Of a stretch of DNA of 64,000 nucleotides, positions 24,814 through 36,544 are shown one piece after another. Source of the stretch: Nemertoderma westbladi (Eukaryota; Animalia; Xenacoelomorpha). The stretch covers positions 19,489-83,488 of the forward strand of contig JAUCBJ010000859.1 in NCBI GenBank assembly GCA_032718475.1, read 5' to 3'. Each line of letters begins with the position of its first letter. Position 1 is the stretch's first letter. The notes under the pieces are model-generated. The model was not told the origin of the DNA, did no database searches, and was given only the letters and a program-made list of their open reading frames with translations. The position numbers were made by a program, and so were the translations under genes.

Positions 24814-27367
24814 TTATAGGCAATAATATAAAGAATATTTAACTAACATAGTAATATAATTAAGGATATCAGTAATCTCATCAACATTAAAACCAGGTAT
24901 ATCAATATTGCTACAACGACAATTAATTAATTCCCTACACAATTCTAATTTCCATCTATCAGCTACATCAAAAGGAACGTAGTTCAACTTATTAACGTGC
25001 GTAACATTGATCGAGGTAATGAGAGGTATTTTACACAGATTTGCGATAGAACGTAAATTGCACCCACTTCGCGAACGACAATCATATAAAAATAATTTTG
25101 CTAAATAACGAATGCTTGATTTTTCAGACTGCACTAAACTGGTACAAAATCTTATAAAACGTGAATATAACATAATACTGGGGTGTTTAAACTGCATTAA
25201 ATTTTCTACAATATATCTATGTGATGTAAAAGGCAATCTGAAAATAATCCTAATATTAATATTCCATGAACTGTATATACGAGTACACGATGCAGAAAAA
25301 AGATCCCATAAATTACTACCGTAGAAGGATGTGCAATAAATACGCTGAATTTTACTCAAAACATACGGATCAGAAAAATAGAATTCTTGTCTAAGTGCAT
25401 TGAGCTTTCCTATAAATTTTCCCCGTTTTCGTATAATATCAGACTCCATTGTGTTCTGGAAATCTAACATGTTTCCTAGATGCAACGCCTCCCTGACCCA
25501 AGGAAGTGGTCTCCCGTTCAGCACTACTGACGCTGTGGGTTTAAACCACACTCTCCCAAAAGGAATGCATTTGGATTTGGATTTATCCGGATTCGGGTTT
25601 GTACTAAACACGAGATGGTTTTCGGTTGCGAACTCCTCGCATAACTTGACCATAAACCGTAGTCCCAATATGGAAGAGCATAAAAGCAACATGTTTGATT
25701 ACTATAGATCCATAGCAGGGTTCGTAAGAAAAAAGGAGAAAACCCCTTCTTAATAAGTTCTAGAAATAGCTTGCACCATTCAACCATATCGAAGGCTTTC
25801 GATAGATCGAGAAGACATCCAAATACAGGAGTTACGTCTGTTTTAGAGTTTTTTAGCCTATGTAGACCTTCACTGACCAAATCCGGAGTGATATGCGGGA
25901 AATCAGCTGAATCACATCCTTCGAGTTTATCGGTAATCTGCGATCTAACGAACTCTAAATCGGAATCACACGGTTGATTATATAGATCCGAATATATACT
26001 GGCGAATCGGTCGGCTATCGATTGTGGGTCTGTACAACCATCAATGGTCGAAGTCACAGTGTTCGTTAAGTTTCTTTATTTCTTTAAATATATCACTAGT
26101 ATTCCTTAAACACGCCTGTAGGAGTTTATCTCGACGCACATTATCTACTGAACGTTTGAGCAATCGGACGGCATAGTTATACTGCGCGCGAGACACCGGT
26201 CGCATGTGAAAAAGCTGACTATTTTGTGAAGCATTTGAACACCCCGCTGAGACCCACAAGGAATGCCATAGGATAGCTTCATCTCTAAATGGTTTAACTC
26301 GCTCCGACCAACCGGAAAGTTTAGGGCCATTATTAGTAGCACGGGGCTCACCATTATAATTATTATTTAAACTACTACAGCTGATATCAATGCATTCAAG
26401 AATATCTAAAACATATTTTTCAATAAACAGTCTATGAGTAAGGTCCGCACAAAAAATATTATCACATGTTATACAACCTGACTCAACCTCAATGTCATCC
26501 AATTTATTATGTAGATTGTTTACAAAGTCATGTTCCTGTTCAATAGTAGCTAGCTTAAATTTAATTTTACCCTGAGCTATAATTAACACGTGGTAAATCT
26601 ACACCACTATCTTTCAACTTCAAAAATATTGGGTCATGAAAAGATAAATTAGCACCAGAATGTACTACACCAGAATCAGTAACATTTTCTACCAATTTAC
26701 TCGAACTGAAAAAGTGATCTAAAATTGAATGAAAAGATGCCTGTTCTCTGTAGCACGTGTAAGTATAATCAATAGGATTAAAATCCCATAGACGTTCTAA
26801 TTTAAATTCCTGTAAAAATTGACTAATTACACGAACATGCATAGATACACGCGAAAAATCAGCATTGAAATCCCCTGCAAGTATAACATTACAAAGCTGC
26901 TCCGATAAAATAGTATGTTTGATATCATTGGTAAGAGTAAGCAAATCGTCTGATACATTAATGTTGTCCCGCGTATCTACTGGAAAATAACAATTAATTA
27001 TCACAAAAGGGTTAACATTGGGCAATTCAACTCGTACAGCTTGCAATCGGGGATTCGTAACGTTAATTCTAGATATATATTTAGACAAAGATGGCCTATA
27101 AATAAAGCAGAGTCCGCCGCTAGGCCTACCTGCAGATACTTCATTTACTGTGCTAGACTGCGCAGGTTGTATTAAACATTTAAATGCAGGGAAAGCTGCT
27201 GTAAACTTATAAGAATTATCAAGCAATAAGAAGTGCTCTTGAATACAGACAATATCGCTTCCAGCTAATAATACATTGATAAAGTCAAGTTTATCAGGTG
27301 ACAAACCAGTACTGTTATATGACGTCATACAAAATGCACCATTGTGTAGTGATTGTGAAGTATCCAT
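24814..27367 (-). pseudogene. LINE ORF2 (APE endonuclease + internally deleted RT)
   Basis: CIQEH, GDFNAD, LDHF, SFHDPI (APE); LDLSKAFD and HLGN (RT) but QG and YADD segments deleted; frameshifts between four ORF pieces. Confidence 0.85.
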
Positions 27368-27407
27368 TGTATAAAATATTTAAAAGAAAAATATATACCA
27401 AACTTTA

Positions 27408-29243
27408 CTAGTTACTGGAATTCGCGCTAGGAACCTGTGTATTATCTCGACCCCTGGGACCAACAATAGGAACCCGAGTATTATCTGAACCTCCAGAACC
27501 TGCATTCTCTGCATATGGAACCTGAGTATTATCTGGCCCACCGGAACCTGCATTAGGAACCCGAGTATTATGTGGCCCACCGGAACCTGCGTATGGAACC
27601 CTAGTATTATCTGGACCACCGTATCCTGCATATTTATTATCTGGACCACCGTATCCTGCATATCTATTATCTGGACCGCCGTATCCCGCATATCTAGCTG
27701 TATTATCTGGACTGCCGTATCCCGCATATCTAGCTGTATTATCTGGACCGCCGTATCCCGCATATCTAGCTCTATTATCTGGACCGCCGTATCCTGCATT
27801 AGGAACCCGATTATTATCTGGACCGCCGTATCCTGCATTAGGAACCCGATTATTATCTCGACCGCCGTATCCTGCTTTAGGAACCCGATTCTTATCTTGA
27901 CCGCCGTAACCTGGTGTAAAGCGGCTGTAATGCCACTCGCGAACACAAACCCCGGATGGCCACGTCTCTGGATCGAGCGCTTTCTTTAAATCAACCCGTT
28001 GAACAGCAATCTGAAAACCATTCGACGTCGACCACGATTCGTCGTGAGATTTCTTTTCTATATCTGCTTCTTTGATAGTAATCCCCATCTCAGCCAGATC
28101 CGCCACCATATCCGCCAGAGTTACCGAGATGTGAACGCGAAACACATATATATGTGCTGGGGCCGCACGAGTGTTTCGAGCGGTTCCCCCAGATGAACTA
28201 GCGGATCCTCCGCCCGTACCAATTACATGCTGCCGCTGCAGCCTCGGCTTCCGTTCGACGAGATTATAACCCTCATCATCTATTCGACGCCTCGGAGTTG
28301 GTATCTCTTTGACATCCTGTTGGTAATCGACTTGTCCACCACCATCCCCAGTAGACGCCTGCCGGGGGTGCTTAGTGCTTCCTTGACCTTGGCCACTGTA
28401 GCGCCCATCCAATACTGTGTACATATTTCTGGTCTTTACATCCGGGGATGGAGGATGACGCAATGGATAACGCCCTGGTGGGGCTGGAGAATATAACCTC
28501 TGCGCGAGCACTTTCGGACGAGTATCTTGTGACTCCCGTCCACGGATAACTGGACTACCCACTTGGTTAGGGGCTGACGCTTTGCTTATAGCCTCCCGAT
28601 ACGGGAAATAAATTGCTGGTCTGTTGTTTTGATCAATGCTACTTACCGGTAACGGTGGGAATTCCCGCCCTACCGATGGCGGATCTCTGAACCGAACCGG
28701 TATTTGTGACTCTGTCGATTTAGTCGACATCACAAGTTTCTCCAATGATTGCATTCTCTCGACTAAATCTTTCTGCAATGACCGTAAACCCTGGTCAAAT
28801 TTCTCCTCAAGACGTGACTGCTTAACTTGTAACCCCGTTTCTGACTGGATAATCAAGTTCGGTAGAGACAAGGCTTCCAATGCCTCAACTGCTATTACAG
28901 GCATGCTTCCATTCATATCCATTGCTCTTACTTTATCAAACATATCACTTACATTCGCCTTTGCCGCAGTGCGTCCCGCGGAATCCTGCCTCTCGATTGG
29001 ATCAAATCCACAATAATTAAACAGTTTGTCTTTCGCAAAAAGAATATCCGAGGGAGTGTACCGAGTTAAACACGATTCCTGTACCATTGCAGAACAGCTA
29101 GAGTATAAACCTTGGACTAGCAAAGCTAAACACCCATTCACGATGGTGATACCCGATCTGTCCTCTGGAGCAACATCCATGGCCCCCGACTGCGGCTGAG
29201 AGGCCAACGGGGAGCGCCTCCCTGCCGAATCAGGACCACTCAT
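27408..29243 (-). CDS. LINE ORF1 (coiled coil, RRM-like domain, C-terminal G/Y/R repeat)
   Basis: Open ~610 aa frame directly upstream of ORF2; IYVFRV...FQIAV...WPSGVCVREW typical of LINE ORF1 RRM. Confidence 0.8.
   Translation of the reverse strand: MSGPDSAGRRSPLASQPQSGAMDVAPEDRSGITIVNGCLALLVQGLYSSCSAMVQESCLTRYTPSDILFAKDKLFNYCGFDPIERQDSAGRTAAKANVSDMFDKVRAMDMNGSMPVIAVEALEALSLPNLIIQSETGLQVKQSRLEEKFDQGLRSLQKDLVERMQSLEKLVMSTKSTESQIPVRFRDPPSVGREFPPLPVSSIDQNNRPAIYFPYREAISKASAPNQVGSPVIRGRESQDTRPKVLAQRLYSPAPPGRYPLRHPPSPDVKTRNMYTVLDGRYSGQGQGSTKHPRQASTGDGGGQVDYQQDVKEIPTPRRRIDDEGYNLVERKPRLQRQHVIGTGGGSASSSGGTARNTRAAPAHIYVFRVHISVTLADMVADLAEMGITIKEADIEKKSHDESWSTSNGFQIAVQRVDLKKALDPETWPSGVCVREWHYSRFTPGYGGQDKNRVPKAGYGGRDNNRVPNAGYGGPDNNRVPNAGYGGPDNRARYAGYGGPDNTARYAGYGSPDNTARYAGYGGPDNRYAGYGGPDNKYAGYGGPDNTRVPYAGSGGPHNTRVPNAGSGGPDNTQVPYAENAGSGGSDNTRVPIVGPRGRDNTQVPSANSSN
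27440..27910 (-). repeat. In-frame coding minisatellite (30-39 bp units) in ORF1
   Basis: About 13 units encoding (RV/RY)..AG(Y/S)GGPDN. Confidence 0.9.
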
Positions 29244-29973
29244 CCCTTGCACAGTAGGCTAACACTTTCCTACCGGTATGCAGTTCAGCACTTTAAGCAG
29301 ATAAATTCAGTAATTGGCAATTGTATATTGGCAGTACGTCAGTACTGCACGTATATCAGTATACTCAATCCCAGTTTGATGTAAATAGTCTGAGTACTTA
29401 AGTAAATGATATTATGAAACTCATATTGATACGCACGCTTATTGTTCAGGTAGAGTTGTCAACATTTCTATGTACAGTTCATATCTGAACAAAATGAGAA
29501 ACCCTCGTTTCGTTGTGTCACTCGCTACGCTCGTTATTGAAACCAAATCGGATGTAAATAGCCTAAGTAACTTGCCCGTAAGTCGCAAATGAGTTTCCAC
29601 ACTGATAAAACCTCACTGTTTTTCATTTTGATTGATAATATTATCAATAATATACCGTGGGTCAATTTGACCCAAACGCTCCTGGATGTAACCTGAGGCA
29701 AACGGTCTTCAGCGGGTTAATGAGATTTGCTCTAACACCGCTCCCCCGCCCCCCCACCCCCCCCCCCCCCATTTCCGGGTTTAATAGCTTTAATTTATGG
29801 AGTGACCACACTTAGGAGTTACTCTGGCTCCACCATTGCCTTACATTTTAACCGCCGCGCAAGGGAAAGGAGCATTTTAGTTGTTTGCAGTGTTCCATAT
29901 ACACTGATATCGTTACTTATTTAACATTGTCAAAAATTATCAACATACCAATTTATATTTTTATATTTTCTAG

Positions 29974-30121
29974 TATTAATTACGCAGCACTATTGTACGA
30001 ATTTGACTGCGACACTATGAATGCTGACAATGAGTACGTATGCCTTTACGAAAATTTACATGACGCACAATTCGGCGCTGGAGATAAAATACAGTCAGTG
30101 GAGAGAGTCGACCAACCATAG
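29974..30121 (+). CDS. Beta/gamma-crystallin-repeat protein, terminal exon C
   Basis: Polypyrimidine + TAG acceptor, phase 2 joins exon B giving YDNINY...YENLHDAQFGAGDKIQSVERVDQP*; AATAAA at ~30236. Confidence 0.75.
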
Positions 30122-30717
30122 TGATTAACAGATCACATCATGTACTACAACTATGAGAAATATACAATAATTATTTTGATGGAGTGGTGACATATTATTA
30201 TATTGTATTGTTTATTTTGGTTTGGACACATCGTCAATAAATTATATCAGATATATAATATGATATAATATTTAATGTGGAAAAAATTATATCGTACTTA
30301 AGTTTCTTATATATAAAATATGATGTTATCATATTAAATAATGTGGCATTTCATAGTGATCAATTCTTGTTTGTGATACGAGTTCACATAAATTTTGAAA
30401 GTACTTCCTTACTCAACGCTCCACAGAGCTGTTCTCGCCTGGATTAAAACATGAAACGCAAAACTGAAATTCAACAATCCTTGCAATTAGTCATACATGA
30501 AAAAATTTATTTGCAAACCTTAGACCATTATATTTAGACTTACTATACTGTATTATTTTTGTTTTAAATAATTTATTGTCAAGAAGGTACTTTAAGTAAC
30601 GTGTGAACCACTAGTGTAGGTTGTTGATTATATTTTTTCCATGTCACGCTATTTATTTTATTGGTATTTAGGTAGTAATTACCATTGTTAATTAATTTAA
30701 TTATATATATTATTTAA

Positions 30718-31903
30718 ACCTATTTGGCCCGGGGGGTCATTTTAGAAATTGTTTTGTAATTTATCTGTATCTTTGAGTCAGGTTTGTGGGAAAACCAAGA
30801 TTTTGTGAATTTTCTAACATTTAATGGGCTATCCAACAGAGCAAACGCCATTTACATGGCGATGTTACTTTTCGTGCTGTGGACCGTTTGTTTCTGGCAC
30901 CCATCTCCAGTATTTTTCGTGTTGAAATTTTCAAAAAAAATTATCGTTCACTAAAATTAATTTTTTTTGCGGTATTTAAAGGTTTTTTAGGATTCTGATC
31001 ACGATTGTAGAACTCAAATATAACATTCGAAAATTTGGTAATTTTGAATGTGCCCTATGGGACGAAAAATACAAGTAGTGTGCAAATATGATGATGAAAA
31101 ATGATGAAAAATAACCACAAATCAAATTGATTTTATGACCATATAGTTTTTTTGGGATGTGGATCACGAATATGACACTGAAATATATCTTACATTGTTG
31201 ATGAGGGAATTTTTGGATATGTGACAAGGTGCGGCACGAAAAATACAAGTAGCACAAATTTGATGATCAAATATCATTACCAAATTACCCTGATTATTTA
31301 GACATTTTGGGTGTTCTGGGACGCTGATCACGAATATGACACTAAAAAATATCGTATTATCCAACCAAATTCGATATTTGCCGGATGAAATTTTGTGCTT
31401 CTTGTATTTTTCGTCCCCCAGACAAGCACCAAAACAGATAGTTGCGTTACTGTACCACGACTATTTAATCGTACATTGACCAGTACAGCTTCAGAATTAC
31501 CAAAACAAAGGCAACATTTTACAATTTATAATTTTGTGTTACTTGTGGCACCAAAATTGGGTCTGCATTACCAAAAATATTTATAGCTAGTTTCATCGTG
31601 ATCAGGGACCTCTAGAACATTTTTTTTATTTTGACATTTTTTTACTTGTACTTATATTTGTTCTGGGGGACCAAAATTGCACCAAAAATTATTGTTGCAT
31701 TGCCAGAAAATATTTTTAACAAGTTTTAGAGTGTTCAGCGACCTCGAAAACCCTTATACCATCAAAATTGTAATTTTAAACGAAACGAAACTAAAAATAA
31801 TTTTTGATCTAAAAAATTTCTAAAATGACCCCCCCCCCCCCCCCCCCCCCTCCCCCCCGGGGGTGGGGGGGCAATTACGTTGAAAAATACGGGCCAGATA
31901 GGG
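30718..31903. mobile_element. piggyBac-like non-autonomous element
   Basis: TTAA on both sides; 14 bp TIR ACCTATTTGGCCCG / CGGGCCAGATAGGG (2 mismatches); subterminal GGGTCATTTT / AAAATGACCC. Confidence 0.7.
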
Positions 31904-33649
31904 TTAATGGGACTATTGCCCAAAATCTTTTTTTTATTTATAATTATTATTCTGAAACTTTAACAAAATGATCTGTGATCTTTTACTTTGAACTATCGGT
32001 ATTTTTTCAAAAGTTGTATATTTAAAAGTAATTTTCGGGCTTTTTTATGTAATATATCTATCTCATATAGAAAGATGTGTAATACCACCTTGGTTGAAGT
32101 TATCGGTCCAAAAGTTTTGCACCATGGACATGTAGGTGATCTTTTATGACAACTTCAGAACAAAATTGTTGTTTTTGAAGAATTTATAGGGGGTCCTTAG
32201 TATTTTCGGACTATATTTTGAGGATCATATATTTTGAGATAGACAAAGGGTTGCAGTTACAATATCGATTCTAGAACATCCAAATGGCCATGTTTTACAA
32301 ATGAAATACTCATGATTTTAGCCATAAAACTGTTAAATATTTTGGTTTCTCTTTGATGAAAATTGAATGAAAAATAAAAAGTAGAAAAATGAAAAATTTA
32401 GGAATCTACAAACTGAGAAAATGAATATTAGCTTTAAATTCTGTTGTTGAAAAGTGCTGTTTTAGTGATGAAAAAAATCATTCCATGATGAAAACCGATG
32501 TCACCACATGAAAGCCTCTCCACTATGACACTACAAAAATAGATGAAAAAATTATTTATTTTTAATTTAAAAAATTTTCGAGAATTTCACTTTCATTATT
32601 AATAATTAATTCAGCCATTATGCAGTTAATTATCAAGTACTTCTCAGCTCAATATTGAGCTCGATATTTATTGCAAATCTGTGTATATTAACTGTATCTA
32701 TGTATCTATGTATAATGTAGAGTATCATTCAAACTGTAATAATGTTCTTATCACAATCAATCAATAATATAGCACAATTCACAATGCACTGTCGTGTATA
32801 GATTTCATTATATGTGCACTAAATAATAATCTATTAAAACTGAACCATCATGTTCTAAGAAGTACTATTTTTTTTATTGCAAATATAACTAACCATTTGT
32901 AATTCGTTATATTATATATCCAGATAGGGAGGGAACTGGTCGCAATAAAAATTCAACCCTCTCCAAGGAAAATTCGACGCAAATAACCGCTGATTGCACT
33001 CAAAAATAAAACTGTAGCCTGTTCTATTGTGTTTAGTTTCTTATTTTGGTTAAGATAACGTGCCACTGTAACCTGATCCTTTCCCTAAATTTAGAATTTA
33101 ATATTGAGGCGGGATATTAATTCGCCAAGACGGGATTTGCGTCCAGTTTCCAACCCTGTCGCTATATATCACTAATAACGTTGGATAGGATGGTGTACTG
33201 TATACACACACGTACCGTTCATATCACTACGTGATAGGCGAATATTGAGCCAGACTAAGCCCAATTTCGTTGAGAATATTGTTATTAATGAACTTTATTT
33301 ACAGATGTTAGTATAACTGGTTGTCACTACTACTGAGAACGAAAGCAATAAATAATAAATAGACTTTAGACTTTACAGTAATAGGGGGAGAGGAATTCAA
33401 TAAATAATCGATGTTTGTCCTACAGAAGTTTCATACCCACCCCATTAGGCGGATTGTCTGGCTGTCCGTCATACATTGTGACGGTCAGATTCATAGACAG
33501 AGATACTCCACGATTACTCTAAAATTAAATTATATATCTCTAGTAAAGCCGTTTTCAGATTTGAAATACTCATTAAATTCTACTCTATAAATGAAATAAA
33601 ATATCAAATATACAGTATGAAACTTTGACCCTAGGGTGGCTACCTCCTT

Positions 33650-33964
33650 AGTAGTATACATTACATGGCCCCTCAACCAAGGTCACCCGTAGTCCATCAT
33701 TACCATCCATTTCTGGTACTGCAGCCAATCAGAAGCCACCATTTCAACCTTTTGCAGTGGTCGTTATTATTTCAACCAATCAGATGTCAGCATTTCATCC
33801 GTAACCATGGTAACTTCTCAAGTTCCCGCTTATTCCGCTAGAGGCGTTATTAGTCACCCAACGCTAGTACTGCATCCAATCACCAACCTTTATTTTACAG
33901 GTGTTCGGGTGTCTACACTTAGCATCAGGTAACTTCTATTATTTTTCAAATCGCAATTTTTCAC
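33650..33964 (+). repeat. Left TIR of Polinton
   Basis: Reverse complement of 51813-52127 with two mismatches seen. Confidence 0.95.
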
Positions 33965-34547
33965 CAACCATTGCATATTCATCTTCACATAGCCTAACCT
34001 CACGATGCATGGCTAGCCCCCATCCCATTGCTACTCAATCCACAGCTGTTACCCACTCAACCAACCAATCAACAGCGATGTTTGCCTAACCCTACGGTTA
34101 TTCACCTTTTCACCACGTTACCGCCACTGCCACGTTACCACCACCACTGTATACTGTATATGGTGACGACGTGGCCACCAACTATGTGCATCATGCATAT
34201 ATTATATTATATCGATTGCCAACTCCACGACAACCGTCGCCAAACCAACAAACCAACCACTCAGTATGATACATGAGATTCCGTCACGTTCCAGCTATGC
34301 GTATACGAGTATTAGTGATTATTATTACGCAATAATTTTTTTTGATTATCCAGTAGTTCCCTACCGGCTAATCAACCAATCAATAAACCGAATTTAGGCT
34401 ATTTTTCAGTTGAAGACCTGTATTATTTTTGAAAATATCTTATATATAATCTCTTGCTTTAATCGCAATTAATCATTTGTATGTAATGGTTTTAGTTTAA
34501 AAAGTTTTTACTTTGTTTGTTTGATTTACAATAAAATTAATTAGATA

Positions 34548-34991
34548 ATGTCTTCTGATTCCAATATGGTTATGCCAATAGTAAGGCATTCATTTTTCGC
34601 AGAAGATGGTGAAGCCTATATTGTTATTGATCATACAATTTACCGTCAAGGAGATGATAAATATAAAATTGAATTTTCTGAAAAAGCCAGGAAAGTTTTA
34701 AGCTCAATTGATATTGATGCTTCTGATAATAGTATTCATCTTTTAGATTACAACCTGAAAGCTGAGCATGGGGGAAAATTAACCAACATCTTACTATTAT
34801 CCATGATAGAGGGGTTTATTGTTATTACACAATACAACGAAGCTGGTGAAAAGTTTGAAATACGGCTAAATCGGCATAGCCCCTACGAAATTATGTCTTT
34901 CTTTATTGTAATGATTTCAAAAGAATCCTTTGTCGAACCTGAAGAATCAGCGGATAATGTTGAATATGTTGATAATATCATTGATTCTTGA
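34548..34991 (+). CDS. Polinton hypothetical protein (147 aa, acidic)
   Basis: Clean ATG ORF in AT-rich context behind a TATATATAA at ~34441; no motif recognised. Confidence 0.65.
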   Translation: MSSDSNMVMPIVRHSFFAEDGEAYIVIDHTIYRQGDDKYKIEFSEKARKVLSSIDIDASDNSIHLLDYNLKAEHGGKLTNILLLSMIEGFIVITQYNEAGEKFEIRLNRHSPYEIMSFFIVMISKESFVEPEESADNVEYVDNIIDS

Positions 34992-35156
34992 CTTTTCCCC
35001 CTATATTATAAATATTTTATGATTATATATAAAATTTTGTTGTTTTTAAATAATCGAAAATTGTAGTAGTATTTGTATATACAGTATAACAGTTTTGTTT
35101 GTTGTTGTTGTTGTGTATTGTGGTAATTATTTTCAATTTACTTTAAAATTTGGAAA

Positions 35157-35609
35157 ATGGATATTTTAAATGAAAAATGTCCAGTTTGCTATTCTAAGTT
35201 ATTGCAACAACATCGAGATTATTATAAATGTGAAAATAAACATGCAACTTGCGTACAATGTATTGTACAATATTCCGAAATGAATAATTATTGTTCTAAA
35301 ATTTGTCCTATTTGTCGCGCACCCATATCTAAGTTTAATATAAAGTTGGCAAGATACCAACCCTATTATTGGAAAGAGCTTCGCAATATAACTTATATTT
35401 CTGCGAAAAGTAATGATCCGGGAGATTTATTTACAATCTTGGAGAATATTTTTTATAGAAACGTAGTACGACGCTGTTGCTACTATATTCCTTATTTTTT
35501 TAGCAGCGAACATAAAAAAATCATTAGCGCGAAATTTTCGGGAAGTGATTTCCAAACCGCCGATGTTACCTATCATTATTTCGCGTATAAAGATGCTCAC
35601 CATGCTTGA
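35157..35609 (+). CDS. RING finger (C3HC4) protein, putative E3 ligase
   Basis: CPVC..CENKHATCVQC..CPICR. Confidence 0.8.
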   Translation: MDILNEKCPVCYSKLLQQHRDYYKCENKHATCVQCIVQYSEMNNYCSKICPICRAPISKFNIKLARYQPYYWKELRNITYISAKSNDPGDLFTILENIFYRNVVRRCCYYIPYFFSSEHKKIISAKFSGSDFQTADVTYHYFAYKDAHHA

Positions 35610-35826
35610 AATTACATCAGTCTATACTATAATTGGAAATAGCACCTTTTGCTGCAGCGAGCGTCACATACTGTAGTGGCGTCATATGTTAATTAAATAT
35701 ACAGTACTCTAATATTGTAGTTGCATCAATTATTGTTATATACATAGTAATGGTGTTGGTTTATTGATATTGATATTGATATTGATATTATATTATATTG
35801 TTGATATATCTTAATAATAATAATAA

Positions 35827-36507
35827 ATGGCTGACTTTAATTCAGGTCCATATAATTTAAACTTTCAAATGGGCACAAGTATGATAATTTCAGGGCCATC
35901 TGGTTCCGGAAAGTCAACCTTTGTAAGCAATTTAATTAAACACAAGAATGGTTGTTTCAACGAAGCCCCCTTGCGAGTATTGTATTGTTACGGGAGCAAT
36001 CCCCCGACTATTCCTGGTATTACTCACCTTTACAAAGGCTTGCCTGAAAATATAGATAGTTTAGTGAATAGTCGAGATTTATTAATTATAGATGATTTGT
36101 TAACAGAAACTGAGTCCAGTACAGCTTTAACTGTATTGTTTACTAAGGTAGCTCATCATTCCAATATATTTATTTGTTTTATAACGCAAAACATGTTTTA
36201 CAGTGGGAAGCATAACAGCACAAGATCAATTAATAGCCATACTTTAGTATTAATGAAAAATCCGAGAGACAGTCTATCGGTTTTAAATTTCGCGAAGCAG
36301 ATGTTACCAGGGCAGACCAAATTTTTAGTTGATTCCTATCAAGATGCGACAATTCAACCATTTTCACATTTCTTAATTGATTTACGACAGGAAACACCCG
36401 AACATTTAAGATTTAGATCTGATATATTTCGTAATCATAATTGTTACATTAAAAATTACACTGACTATAAACGTAGCGAAAATAATAATAATAATAATGA
36501 TAAATAA
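35827..36507 (+). CDS. A32/FtsK-like DNA packaging ATPase
   Basis: Walker A GPSGSGKS, Walker B LLIIDD, ITQN, KNPRD, LIDL..TPE.LRFR. Confidence 0.93.
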   Translation: MADFNSGPYNLNFQMGTSMIISGPSGSGKSTFVSNLIKHKNGCFNEAPLRVLYCYGSNPPTIPGITHLYKGLPENIDSLVNSRDLLIIDDLLTETESSTALTVLFTKVAHHSNIFICFITQNMFYSGKHNSTRSINSHTLVLMKNPRDSLSVLNFAKQMLPGQTKFLVDSYQDATIQPFSHFLIDLRQETPEHLRFRSDIFRNHNCYIKNYTDYKRSENNNNNNDK

Positions 36508-36544
36508 TTAATATTTTGTAACAATTTTCAATAATGTTGCAACA

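Larger units (their letters stand above)
24650..29512 (-). mobile_element. Two-ORF APE-RT LINE (CR1/L2-group-like, clade not assigned), both ends present, ORF2 dead
   Basis: ORF1 plus ORF2 fragments, (ATTAA)n 3' tail at ~24647-24667, flanking 24 bp direct repeat at 24626-24649 and 29513-29536. Confidence 0.85.
23412..29716. mobile_element. piggyBac-like non-autonomous element carrying a nested LINE
   Basis: TTAA-CCTGCCGAGGACC at left, GGTCTTCAGCGGG-TTAA at right (imperfect TIR), subterminal GGGTCAAWWTGACCC palindromes at ~23616 and ~29659. Confidence 0.6.

Noticed and set aside
27380-27989. Overlapping repeat ORFs (DTAVQII.., IIWTAVS..)
   Set aside because: Alternative frames of the ORF1 minisatellite
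33901-34089. MFGCLHLASG ORFs in the TIRs (also 51525-51876)
   Set aside because: GTG-start frames diverging right at the TIR boundary; repeat artefacts
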